Assembly (NCBI GenBank): GCA_963767125.1
Contig: CAVYDB010000007.1
Span: forward strand, 78,083 to 142,082
DNA from: an uncultured Bacteroidota bacterium
Lineage (GTDB): Bacteria > Bacteroidota > Bacteroidia > JABEUT01
Direction: 5' to 3'
Length of the DNA: 64,000 nt
The notes under the pieces are model-generated. The model was not told the origin of the DNA. It saw nothing but the letters and a program-made list of their open reading frames with translations, and ran no database searches. Shown here piece after piece: positions 47,599-56,806 of this stretch. Position 1 is the stretch's first letter. Each line of letters begins with the position of its first letter. The position numbers were made by a program, and so were the translations under genes.

Positions 47599-47994
47599 TT
47601 ATTTGGGTTTTGACGTGGCAGGAATGAATCCGAATTTTTGGGAAAACTTCACCAGCCAGCCGCCGCCCTTGAATTTATTTATTTTTGGCTTTTTATAAGG
47701 TGCAGTTGAAACAGGCTGAACAATAGGATTTACAGTAATATAATTTGTTTTAATTATATCATTAAGTCCTGTTTTATTTGATACTGCAAGCTGAACCGTA
47801 TAAACACCGGGAGTATAATAAGTAATAACTGGAATACGAGAGGAGTCATAATAGTCAACTATACTTGGCGTACCGCCAATAAATAACCAGGACCAGTCTT
47901 CGGGGTCGTTGAGGGATAAATCAGTAAAGGTGACAGAAGCCCCAACAGGGATTATGGTTTTATCAGCTTCAAAATTGGCTACCGGAAGGGGCAT
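47599..47994 (-). CDS. PKD domain phage protein
   Basis: VANFEADKTIIPVGASVTFTDLS...YYTPGVYTVQLAVSN is PKD-like. Confidence 0.6.
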   Translation of the reverse strand: MPLPVANFEADKTIIPVGASVTFTDLSLNDPEDWSWLFIGGTPSIVDYYDSSRIPVITYYTPGVYTVQLAVSNKTGLNDIIKTNYITVNPIVQPVSTAPYKKPKINKFKGGGWLVKFSQKFGFIPATSKPK

Positions 47995-48003
47995 AGGGCA
48001 GGA

Positions 48004-48483
48004 TTAGGAGAGGATAGTGCCGTAGATGTACATTTCACAGGTTAACGGGTTGCCTTCGGGAATGCCTAATGAAAGATACAATTGTTGTCCGACCAATTTT
48101 CCACCATATGTACCATCTGGACCACCATAAGGTGTTAAAACCGCTCCTGCAGCAAAAGAGGTAACTACACCATTATTGACATATGACAAGTTGCTATTAA
48201 GAAGTTGTAATGCATCTGGGCTTGCAAGAGATGATGACATTATTGAAATGCCTGTTCGACCTTCTAATGACCAAATTTGAGCATCTGAAGCTACTGTTAC
48301 AGGTGTTGTTGGATTGGATAAAACTATATCTGTAATAATAAATGAAGTTCCTCCCTTCAAAATTATCGGTTGGTCGGTAATGACATTAAGATCAATTATT
48401 TGTTGTGCAATCAATAAAAAAGCGGGCTGAGCTGAACTTGAATTTATTGCTTTTTCAAGAATCTTATCGGTTTGGGTATTCAT
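48004..48483 (-). CDS. Hypothetical phage structural protein
   Basis: 159 aa, first gene of a late transcription unit. No motif. Confidence 0.45.
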   Translation of the reverse strand: MNTQTDKILEKAINSSSAQPAFLLIAQQIIDLNVITDQPIILKGGTSFIITDIVLSNPTTPVTVASDAQIWSLEGRTGISIMSSSLASPDALQLLNSNLSYVNNGVVTSFAAGAVLTPYGGPDGTYGGKLVGQQLYLSLGIPEGNPLTCEMYIYGTILS

Positions 48484-48542
48484 GTTTTAATTTTTAGTAT
48501 GGAAATTGGAATTAATATTACAATAGAACATTTATTTGTCCG

Positions 48543-48586
48543 CAAAGAAGGTATAGAAAATAGTGTTTAGATAAAAAGTCAATGAC
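48543..48586 (-). promoter_or_regulatory. Composite late promoter, degenerate -7 box
   Basis: Core GTCAATGAC at 48578-48586, a 27-nt gap, then CTTCTTTG (minus strand, 48543-48550). The TTTG is kept but the TA is lost. Confidence 0.4.
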
Positions 48587-48818
48587 TATAACATGAGTTA
48601 TATCATTAGTAATAAGTAGTAAAACTATGCCAAGATAATACTTCAAAATGTATGGCAATACAAGACCAAAATAAAGAAGGAATAGCTTGAAGAATATTAT
48701 TCAAAGATCAACAAGTGGCAATTACAGACAAGTATTTTAAAATTAGAAGGGGATCTTGGTATCCTTTAGTAAATTTGCTCCGATTATATTATAATGAATA
48801 TTAATAAGTAAATTCGAA

Positions 48819-50456
48819 TTGAGTAAGATAAAAAAGATAGAAATTGAACTTCCTACCATTTTCCTTTGGCTAATAATCCTTCTTGTTAGCATGATCCGGT
48901 ACAGGCTCATTTCGGTTCCATTTGAAAGAGATGAAGGTGAATATGGCTATATAGGAAATTTGATTTTACATGGGATTGCACCTTTTAAAAACGGATATAC
49001 AATGAAACTTCCCGGCACCCCGTTTATGTATGCAATTTTTATGTTCGTATTTGGACACACAAATACGGGAGTCCATCTGGGGCTTCTCTTCATAAATGCC
49101 GGAACAATGTATTTTCTATTTCAAGCATTTAAAAAAATATTCAATCCCATATTAGGCCTTTCGACTGCTATTATTTATGGCTTTATGGCACTCAATAATG
49201 TATTTATTGGCTTTGCCGCACACGCCACACATTTTATTTGCTTTTTTAGTTCTGTCGCACTTTTGTTTCTTGCCAGCTTTATGGAGTCCGGTAAAATTTG
49301 GAAAATTATTCTTTCCGGTCTTTTCTTTGGCATGGCATTTCTAATGAAGCAACAAGCTATTTTCCTGATATTATTTGGCGTAATATTTCTATTTATGTAC
49401 CTGAATACTGAAAAAAAACGAAATTTAGCCGGAATAATAAAGAAGATTTTTGCATTTGGTTTAGGGGTTATTACTCCATATTGTATTGTAGTTTTAATAG
49501 TGATCGTTAGTGGAGAATTTCATACATTCCTGCTTTGGACTGTTGAATATGCCTCTCAGTACGAAAAGGTAAAAGCCACCCATGATGTTACTGTAATGGA
49601 AATTATCGGTGCTTATTTTAAAAGCACTTTTATACCTGCCTGGGATTCTCTTTATTACATTTGGATAATAGCATCAGGTGGAGTATTGACTTTATCTTGG
49701 AGCCCTTACTCACGTTTGCAAAAATTATTTGTGTTGTTATACCTTATTTCTTCTACATGTATGGTAAGTGCAGGGTTCTACTTTCGCCAACATTATTATA
49801 TTGTAATTTTACCAGTACTTGGATTACTCTCAGGAATATTTTTAGAGTTTGTTATTAAACAAGGACAAAAAAGAATAGGAATTTTAAAGTCCCCGAATGT
49901 TATTTTTATATTCCTTTCATTGCTTATCTCCTTTAATATCTATACAAACAGGAAATACTATTTTAGTTATACTCCTTTGATGGTTTGTAATAGTAGTTAC
50001 TGGGGCAATCCTTTTGATATAGCCCAAGAAATATCAAAGTACATTAAAGATAACACTAATGATTCTGATAAGATTGCCGTTCTGGGTTCAGAACCGGAAA
50101 TTTATTTTTATGCAAATCGAATTGCTGCTACCGGATACCTTTATACTTACCCCTTGGTGGAAAATCAACCTTACAATGAAATAATGCAGGAACAAATGAT
50201 AGGGGAAATAGAAAAAAATAAACCTGTTATTGTCATATTTAGCGATGTACTCTTTTCCTGGATGGCGGAAGATGGAACTCCCCAGGCAATATTTCAGTGG
50301 TGGGAAAACTATAAAACCGGCTACACAATTGTCGGCATAGCCGATTTTTTTCAGCATGGCGGGTGGAAATTTTATGGAAATGATAATATGAGCAGCCGTG
50401 TAAGCGGAGCCGACGGCACCCTTATTATTTACCGAAGAAACCCGGAGAATAAATAA
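48819..50456 (+). CDS. Polytopic membrane glycosyltransferase, ArnT/PMT (GT39/GT83-like) family; moron
   Basis: 545 aa, TTG start, at least 10 TM helices. The first-loop acidic motif is VPFERDEGEYGYIG and there is a soluble C-terminal domain. It is on the opposite strand to all surrounding phage genes. Confidence 0.6.
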   Translation: MSKIKKIEIELPTIFLWLIILLVSMIRYRLISVPFERDEGEYGYIGNLILHGIAPFKNGYTMKLPGTPFMYAIFMFVFGHTNTGVHLGLLFINAGTMYFLFQAFKKIFNPILGLSTAIIYGFMALNNVFIGFAAHATHFICFFSSVALLFLASFMESGKIWKIILSGLFFGMAFLMKQQAIFLILFGVIFLFMYLNTEKKRNLAGIIKKIFAFGLGVITPYCIVVLIVIVSGEFHTFLLWTVEYASQYEKVKATHDVTVMEIIGAYFKSTFIPAWDSLYYIWIIASGGVLTLSWSPYSRLQKLFVLLYLISSTCMVSAGFYFRQHYYIVILPVLGLLSGIFLEFVIKQGQKRIGILKSPNVIFIFLSLLISFNIYTNRKYYFSYTPLMVCNSSYWGNPFDIAQEISKYIKDNTNDSDKIAVLGSEPEIYFYANRIAATGYLYTYPLVENQPYNEIMQEQMIGEIEKNKPVIVIFSDVLFSWMAEDGTPQAIFQWWENYKTGYTIVGIADFFQHGGWKFYGNDNMSSRVSGADGTLIIYRRNPENK

Positions 50457-50500
50457 TATTTCGGAAATTTATTATACTAAACCCTTTCTGCGTATTTGCT

Positions 50501-51799
50501 TTACATTGCTTGTTGTAAAACGGCAGAGGGGATATTGTCAGTACGGAAATGCAGTTCAATATCCTGGCGTAATCCACTATCAATACTGAAAGAATGGTGG
50601 ACGGCTTTAACCATATAATGTCCGTTACGTTCGGGTAAAAGGCTGTCGCTGATATAAATAATATTGCCATGCTTAATAAAAGGCAAGCCAAATGTTTTGC
50701 TTCCCCTGAAACCATCGTAATGGTATCGGTTGAGATATGTTATTCCCCGGCTTTTTAATGTTTTACAATCGGGTGCATTTTTAAAATAAAAAATATAATA
50801 TTCATAATCGCTTAAGTTACTGCTCCCGGGAATGCTGACTGTAGCCTCCAGGCGTTTTGTCAGGAATTGGGTGGCCCCCATTTTATTTGTCTGTTGCTGG
50901 TTTTGTGCAAGGCTGGAAATGGAATAGCAAAGGGCGGCTACTTTCACATCATTTTTAAGGCTATATTGAAGCTGGTGGGAAATAATATTTTTCTGAAAGT
51001 TAAAACTGCTATATAGTGGGTTGCCGGTATTATCGGTTCCCGCAGACTGGTCCCGGGGGTAATACACCACACCGCCGCCGCGAAGGGTACCATCCCTGAA
51101 ATAAAAAGCCAGCGAAGGGAGTATTTTTTTAAGTTTGTTCAGCGCTACGGCGGCAGATTCATTACCTGTTGAAAAGCCTTCTACACCAAGTGTGAAGCCA
51201 CCTGTATCTGCGGTTATGAGGTACTCATTATTCACAAGATTTGAGGCTTTAACAATATCATTCAAAACATCGTTAATATCATTTTCAGGCGAGGTATATA
51301 TTTTAGATGGCATAGTGGTTTGCTTAAGCAGCCACATAAAATCTTCGCAATGAATTTTCAGGGTGCTTTTACTTTCAAGAGAGGAAACAAAACCATGAAA
51401 TACATTGTTGGTTGTTGAGGCATAAGTAAGGGTTCCATCGGTATTTACTTTTGAAATATAGGAATATCCTGCGGTAATTATTATTTCATCTCCCCTCATA
51501 ATCAGCGGGGCTTTTGATGCCTGCGGATTGGCAAATCCCCCGGCGCTTATATATCCTTTCGTTCTATCAGGAGTGGTGGATTCACCCCACATTATATTGT
51601 TATTGTTGGCATCTTTCACATAAATATTTTTGGGTATCTCGATAGTAGCAGTATCTGACAAAGATTTCCAGGAACTGTAAACCTCAAAGGAATGGCAGGA
51701 GTCAATGTCAAAAATTTCATTTCGGGGAATAGAATTGCCACTCGCATCGGCATAAGCCGTTACCTGGATAAGTTTTATTTTTACTATACATTGCAACAT
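50501..51799 (-). CDS. Baseplate hub / late-control-D-like tail protein candidate
   Basis: 432 aa. The segment order resembles gpD/gp27-type hubs (..DTATIEIP.., RGDEIIITAGY.., VFHGFVSS..LKIHCED). This is a weak, memory-based call. Confidence 0.35.
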   Translation of the reverse strand: MLQCIVKIKLIQVTAYADASGNSIPRNEIFDIDSCHSFEVYSSWKSLSDTATIEIPKNIYVKDANNNNIMWGESTTPDRTKGYISAGGFANPQASKAPLIMRGDEIIITAGYSYISKVNTDGTLTYASTTNNVFHGFVSSLESKSTLKIHCEDFMWLLKQTTMPSKIYTSPENDINDVLNDIVKASNLVNNEYLITADTGGFTLGVEGFSTGNESAAVALNKLKKILPSLAFYFRDGTLRGGGVVYYPRDQSAGTDNTGNPLYSSFNFQKNIISHQLQYSLKNDVKVAALCYSISSLAQNQQQTNKMGATQFLTKRLEATVSIPGSSNLSDYEYYIFYFKNAPDCKTLKSRGITYLNRYHYDGFRGSKTFGLPFIKHGNIIYISDSLLPERNGHYMVKAVHHSFSIDSGLRQDIELHFRTDNIPSAVLQQAM

Positions 51800-51873
51800 A
51801 CTACAATAGTCAGGAGTTATGAGTTATTCATGAATTAGCCACATTTATTTGAATCATAGCCTATCACTCTATT

Positions 51874-52416
51874 TCACCCGTTTAGCAGGGTAGGATATTT
51901 ATTGGTATCTATTTCACGCATATTAAATTTTATCTGCTGTTCGCCTATATTGCCTGCCTGTTGCGGAATTTCGTAGCCGGTTACTATAGCATATTCTATT
52001 TGAAATTGGTTAAGGTACCAGCTATTAATTTGAACGGGCTGGTTACTTTCGAGCAGCAGGTAAAAATTATCTATATCATTCAGGGGGTACTTTAAATTAG
52101 AGCCATAAATTTTTACAGTACATGATATTTCAGCGCTGTCTTCACCCGTATATTCAAGCAAGTCTCCATCCGCTCCATCAATACTTGTAACAATAATCCG
52201 TTTTCTTTTTTTTACTGTAAAAATAGCATCAGGTATTTGAATGGCATTATAGCTGATGGGTTTTCCATCCTTCCAATAAGTGCCTGCGGAAATATTTAAA
52301 TCAGAATATACCGGCGTGCCGAGGGGGCTGTTATATAATGCCGGTGAAGCCCCCGGAAAATTAGAAAAAGCTGATGCGAAAAGGGCTACGGATAAAGGCC
52401 CTGTGAAAGCGGTCAT
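51874..52416 (-). CDS. Phage structural protein, paralog 2 of tandem pair
   Basis: 180 aa, about 58 percent identical by eye to the 52429-52971 product. Confidence 0.5.
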   Translation of the reverse strand: MTAFTGPLSVALFASAFSNFPGASPALYNSPLGTPVYSDLNISAGTYWKDGKPISYNAIQIPDAIFTVKKRKRIIVTSIDGADGDLLEYTGEDSAEISCTVKIYGSNLKYPLNDIDNFYLLLESNQPVQINSWYLNQFQIEYAIVTGYEIPQQAGNIGEQQIKFNMREIDTNKYPTLLNG

Positions 52417-52428
52417 AGTATTAATAGT

Positions 52429-52971
52429 TCAGGCATTCAGTAACCGGGGATATTGATTGGGATTCAAATGGCGCATACTAAATTTCACCTGCTGATTGCT
52501 TATGTTACCTATTTGTTGCGGAAGTTCATACCCCGTTACCACAGCATATTGAATTTCCAACTGGTTAAGATACCAGCTATTTATTTGAATTGGCTGGTTG
52601 CTTTTAAGTACCAGGTAAAAGTTATTCACCTCATCCTTCGGGTAGTTTAGGTTGGTTCCGTAAATCTTAATCGTACAGGAAATTGTTGCGCTCTCAGACC
52701 CATTATATTCAAATACATTGCTGGCAGCGCCATTTATACCGGTGGTTTTTATCCGCTTTTGTTTTTTTACTACAAATAAAGCATCGGGTAGGTTTATCGG
52801 GGTATAACTTATTGTTTTACCGTCCACCATGTAAGAGCCTGCGGCAATGCTTAAATCTGAATAAACAGGGGTTTCGATAGGGCTTTTATATAATCCACCG
52901 GTATCTCCTTTAAAATTTGAAATACCCGCTTTGGAAATGGCAATGGATATAGGTTCGGTAAAAGCAGTCAT
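52429..52971 (-). CDS. Phage structural protein, paralog 1 of tandem pair
   Basis: 180 aa, MTAFTEPISIAISKAG...INSWYLNQLEIQYAVVTGYELPQQ. First gene of a late unit. Confidence 0.5.
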   Translation of the reverse strand: MTAFTEPISIAISKAGISNFKGDTGGLYKSPIETPVYSDLSIAAGSYMVDGKTISYTPINLPDALFVVKKQKRIKTTGINGAASNVFEYNGSESATISCTIKIYGTNLNYPKDEVNNFYLVLKSNQPIQINSWYLNQLEIQYAVVTGYELPQQIGNISNQQVKFSMRHLNPNQYPRLLNA

Positions 52972-53082
52972 ATTGTTTGTTTGTGGTAAGGAGTAAGGGA
53001 TATGAGATAAATTATTTAAGCTCTATATTATTACTTGTGGCTTACTACTTACTTCCTATTCCATATCCCCACTCTCTCGCTG

Positions 53083-53126
53083 CAAAAATAGATGCCGGGA
53101 AGGTGCTTTTAAAAAAAGTCAATGAC
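53083..53126 (-). promoter_or_regulatory. Composite late promoter
   Basis: Core GTCAATGAC at 53118-53126, a 27-nt gap, then TATTTTTG (minus strand, 53083-53090). Confidence 0.55.
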
Positions 53127-53170
53127 CTGACTTTATAATTGAGTCACGGTAGTGCACACTTCTTTTTACT

Positions 53171-53178
53171 TACTTTTG
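53171..53178 (+). promoter_or_regulatory. -7 box TACTTTTG for the plus-strand lipoprotein moron
   Basis: Matches TAnnTTTG, 20 nt upstream of ATG 53198. Confidence 0.45.
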
Positions 53179-53197
53179 TGTCTAATACTTTAGCAAC

Positions 53198-53791
53198 ATG
53201 AGAGAACATAAAATATGGAACCTGTTTAAAGGGGTTTCGGGAATGGGCATAATAATTTTAATTTCAATTCTTTTTATGCAAACCGGGTGCGACCAAATTG
53301 TATGGACCGGCGGCGATACCTCTAAAGATAGCCTTCAGCAAAAAAAGACGGTGGTACAACCCCAGCATACTTCACATGGCTTTAAGGATACCGGTAAACG
53401 GATTGCTGCACCGAAATCATTTTCCATCCAGCAATTATCATTGGGGGAAGTGGGGAACCTTTTAACCGGAACATGGGCCCCGGCCGATGGAGATACAGTA
53501 CCTTATTTCTGTTATGAAACTTATAGGGATGGGCAACGCTATGACAGTATTAAACATCATTCTAAAGATTCTGCTTACATTAAAATATGTGAAGATGATA
53601 CCTTGAAATACCGGCTCTTATCTGAACGCCCTTCTCGTATAAGTGAATTTCCGTGTCTCTGCTATATTTCCCTCGAAGGTGATGCCGGAAAGTATGAGTA
53701 CATGGCAATTTTGCGCATTACCAGGGATTCCCTCTTTCTTACAGATGGTAAAGATAAAGACTACTATAACGTTTGTGTGAAAGTACATTGA
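53198..53791 (+). CDS. Lipoprotein moron (opposite strand to late genes)
   Basis: Signal IIILISILFMQTGC. 197 aa, no motif. Confidence 0.55.
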   Translation: MREHKIWNLFKGVSGMGIIILISILFMQTGCDQIVWTGGDTSKDSLQQKKTVVQPQHTSHGFKDTGKRIAAPKSFSIQQLSLGEVGNLLTGTWAPADGDTVPYFCYETYRDGQRYDSIKHHSKDSAYIKICEDDTLKYRLLSERPSRISEFPCLCYISLEGDAGKYEYMAILRITRDSLFLTDGKDKDYYNVCVKVH

Positions 53792-53922
53792 TATTTTTGG
53801 CTGTGTAATATTTCTTCTGCCAGCAACTCATTTTCAAAGCGAGCTTGCAGGGCGGGTCGCTGCAGGTGGTTATTCGAATACCAACAGGTTCAAGGGCTTT
53901 CAACGGTATTACTTATTCCCGA

Positions 53923-55203
53923 TTATTGCAAGTCTGTGCTAATCCGTGAATCTGAAACAGCGGAGGTTAAAATTGCCAGTAGCTCATCCTGAATATCAGT
54001 AGGAGCATCTACAGCATGTGTATGGTAACTATCATTGGTATTTACATTTACAGAGATATTACTGCTACTGCCTCCTCCCCGGGAACTGCGTGGCTGGGAA
54101 ATATTCCCCGTTCCCGGTATTTCAAAAGATGTACCCGGAGAGTGAGGCTTAACTCCATTCTTTGTTTTCGCAGTTTTGGGTTTCAAATAATGATGATGTA
54201 TCTGCCCAATGCTGCCGCTATGGACGGGTTTTCTACTTAAAGGTGTGTATACCGAATTTTTTAGTGATTGGTAATTCGGCTCTCCCTGGTTAAGCTGCTC
54301 TGCCAATCTACGTATGGCTGAATACTGCATGCCTTGCTTCAAATTAGCCCCCGCAAATTGAGGAACAAAAGGAGGGGGAGTATATGTTGCATTAATAGGA
54401 GGAGCAGTGCGGTTATTTCCTTTAATGTACCAACTATACTTGTCAGACTGACCCGTTTGAAGTTCTTGTTGCATACGAATGATATAGCTCCGTTCATCAA
54501 AAAATTCATTTACGGTATTTATATCCTTCTTTTCCCTTTGCTCTTGCTTTTGAGTAAGTGTATTCGTTGACATAGAAAGGGCGCCAACTTCACTTATGTA
54601 AGGATTTATCTTAGACTGCAAATCTGCTAGTTTTTCTTTAGTTAATTCAATATCCCTAACTAAAATTCCTTCCATAAGGGTATCGTGTAAATAAGTAGCA
54701 TACCTGGGATGATTTACAGGGTCATAGGAATACAAACCCGAATCTAATGCGGACAAAGAGGCACTATCTTGCCTTAATAAAGGTCGTAAATGTATATACT
54801 GCTTATCCGTTTCAATTAAATTTACTCCAGCTTCTTCACCCTCTCTTTTATTATCAAATATCCGGTTGATTTGAGTACCCGGTATTTTTATTCCCCAATA
54901 GTTATTTTGTTTAACAGACTTTTTATATTGAATAGAATCTCCATAGCCGGATTCATTTGCTGATAAAGTAAGCATCAAAGCAGAACCCATTACACTATAT
55001 CCTTTACGCCGTGCGTAAGCATATATTTCATACCCCACGTCATTAAAGTATGATTCATGGTTCTGTGTAATCGGGTATTTTCGATTACTGTTAAACCCCC
55101 ACCAATTAGTCAGGTCCACACTATCTTTTGTGGGGGCAGGGTATATACGTTTAGCCGTCTTTTTTTCTTTGGGTTTCCCCATACTTCTCTTTTTACCACT
55201 CAT
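53923..55203 (-). CDS. Tail-associated peptidoglycan hydrolase (glucosaminidase-like domain); tape-measure candidate
   Basis: MGSALMLTLSANESGYGDSIQYKKSVKQNNYWGIK resembles the FlgJ/glucosaminidase motif (..ESG.G.S......NN.FGIK). A helical middle and a Ser/Gly-rich C-terminus follow. It lies downstream of the chaperone pair. Confidence 0.45.
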   Translation of the reverse strand: MSGKKRSMGKPKEKKTAKRIYPAPTKDSVDLTNWWGFNSNRKYPITQNHESYFNDVGYEIYAYARRKGYSVMGSALMLTLSANESGYGDSIQYKKSVKQNNYWGIKIPGTQINRIFDNKREGEEAGVNLIETDKQYIHLRPLLRQDSASLSALDSGLYSYDPVNHPRYATYLHDTLMEGILVRDIELTKEKLADLQSKINPYISEVGALSMSTNTLTQKQEQREKKDINTVNEFFDERSYIIRMQQELQTGQSDKYSWYIKGNNRTAPPINATYTPPPFVPQFAGANLKQGMQYSAIRRLAEQLNQGEPNYQSLKNSVYTPLSRKPVHSGSIGQIHHHYLKPKTAKTKNGVKPHSPGTSFEIPGTGNISQPRSSRGGGSSSNISVNVNTNDSYHTHAVDAPTDIQDELLAILTSAVSDSRISTDLQ

Positions 55204-55284
55204 TTTATATTCCGATAAGAAACGTGCAAAGTAAATATACCCATTAAAAGAGCGTTTTCTTAATAGGTCATTAACTTATCTGTT

Positions 55285-56055
55285 TCACCTGTTAAGTTTG
55301 CTATTCTCCGTATATTTATCCCGTTCCCAGCTTATATGGTGCAAAACTATATTGTAAAATTTCATAGCGCCTTTATAGAATTCTATGCCATCTGCATTAA
55401 CAAGTTCTTTATAGGATGAAGTATCTAAATCGGTTCTCACAAAATGCTTGTATTCTATCCTATACCTGCTTATTTTATATGGTGTCCAAACGGTGATTCC
55501 ATTACTATTATCGTACATTGACCGCATTCCATGCCCAATAATGATATTATTTTTCAAATCAACATAAATATAGTACGAACCTTCATAAATAGGATTAGTT
55601 CCATTCCCTTTCGCGAATTTCAAAGATTTATTTGTTCTATTAAGCAAAAACAATATCGTATTACCTCTCCAATTGCAAATAGGAATTATCATTATTGAAT
55701 CATTCAGAAGACAATTTTCTGGTTTCTTTTCACCCGGCACCAGAATTGGAGCAATATTATGGTATGAATAATATTGCGTATCCCAACCTATGCCTTCATG
55801 TTCAGCATTGAAAGTATCGTACAGTTGATTTAGCGAACACTTTATCATTGTTTGGTTATACAACACCACTTTAATGGTATCCTTTTTTATTATGGTATCG
55901 AAAACATCAAAGATCGGATAAGATTTTTGGGGTGCTTCCTTGTGTACCGCATATTTAACTGCTTCTTTCTTTTGCAAGCCCTGCGCTGTATCCTTTTTTA
56001 CTGCACAGTGGCACCCGACAAGAATAACAAAAGAGAAATAAAAAAACCTTTTCAT
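55285..56055 (-). CDS. Lipoprotein inserted between tail chaperone and tape-measure candidate
   Basis: Signal FYFSFVILVGC. 256 aa, spot G+C 30-33 percent. No motif. Confidence 0.55.
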   Translation of the reverse strand: MKRFFYFSFVILVGCHCAVKKDTAQGLQKKEAVKYAVHKEAPQKSYPIFDVFDTIIKKDTIKVVLYNQTMIKCSLNQLYDTFNAEHEGIGWDTQYYSYHNIAPILVPGEKKPENCLLNDSIMIIPICNWRGNTILFLLNRTNKSLKFAKGNGTNPIYEGSYYIYVDLKNNIIIGHGMRSMYDNSNGITVWTPYKISRYRIEYKHFVRTDLDTSSYKELVNADGIEFYKGAMKFYNIVLHHISWERDKYTENSKLNR

Positions 56056-56179
56056 GACTTCCGCTAAGGGGGAGATAAATTCAAGTTAAAGATATATTAT
56101 TTCCGGATACATCTCTCCGTCTATTAAAAATAAATATTAACTTTATTGAGACGGTTAACATATTGCCCTACCGGGTATA

Positions 56180-56392
56180 TTATTCCTCCATGATGCCCAG
56201 TTTTTTAAGGCAGTGGCACAGTTCTATCCATAATTCACCTATACGTTCCTGGGTGAGATTACCGGTATCTATATGAAAAAAGAACCGTATCCAGGCAGCC
56301 CATTTTAAGGTCTCGCTTGCTTCGAAATCTCCGGAATACTTATCTAATTTTTTTTTAACAAATCGCGGGCTACCATAATAAGCCCCAGACAA
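56180..56392 (-). CDS. -1 frame extension of the tail assembly chaperone
   Basis: The ORF is open in the -1 frame across the A9 run. After slippage it would read ...LLKKKLDKYSGDFEASETLKW... Confidence 0.55.
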   Translation of the reverse strand: MSGAYYGSPRFVKKKLDKYSGDFEASETLKWAAWIRFFFHIDTGNLTQERIGELWIELCHCLKKLGIMEE

Positions 56393-56739
56393 TAGTCAAT
56401 AGCGCCCAAATAGTACGCGTCGTTGTCATTATCACGGTCAAACACCCTTGCGTCTGACGCTTCTTTTATCACCGTAGCATCAAACAGCATAGCGCTTGCT
56501 TTCGATGGGCTTTGGTAAGACAAATCCATACACTGCATTTTAGTAAATGTAGTGGCGGCAGAAAAATAAACCACACAGGGTTTATCTTCCTTACCCATGC
56601 TTAAAATTGCGGCATTTACTTTGCCTTTATACCTCGCTTCCAGTTCCAGCCTTTTTGCTTCGGCATCAGCGCGCAATTGTTCACTATTTCTTTTTTCGTT
56701 TTCCGGTTTTCTCATACCTTTTAAAATTTCAAGCATCAA
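56344..56739 (-). CDS. Tail assembly chaperone (zero-frame product)
   Basis: 131 aa, directly after the tube-sized gene. It ends in ...LLKKN* within an A9 run. Confidence 0.6.
   Translation of the reverse strand: MMLEILKGMRKPENEKRNSEQLRADAEAKRLELEARYKGKVNAAILSMGKEDKPCVVYFSAATTFTKMQCMDLSYQSPSKASAMLFDATVIKEASDARVFDRDNDNDAYYLGAIDYCLGLIMVARDLLKKN
56348..56356 (-). other. Slippery sequence A AAA AAA (A9) for programmed -1 frameshifting
   Basis: The minus strand reads TTA AAA AAA AAT TAG. The heptamer fits X XXY YYZ, two codons before the zero-frame stop. Confidence 0.6.
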
Positions 56740-56806
56740 TCAGGTGGATGGGAACAGCTCAGGAGATACATGAACTATAAGTTCCCGCGTATCTCTTATA
56801 TCAGCC

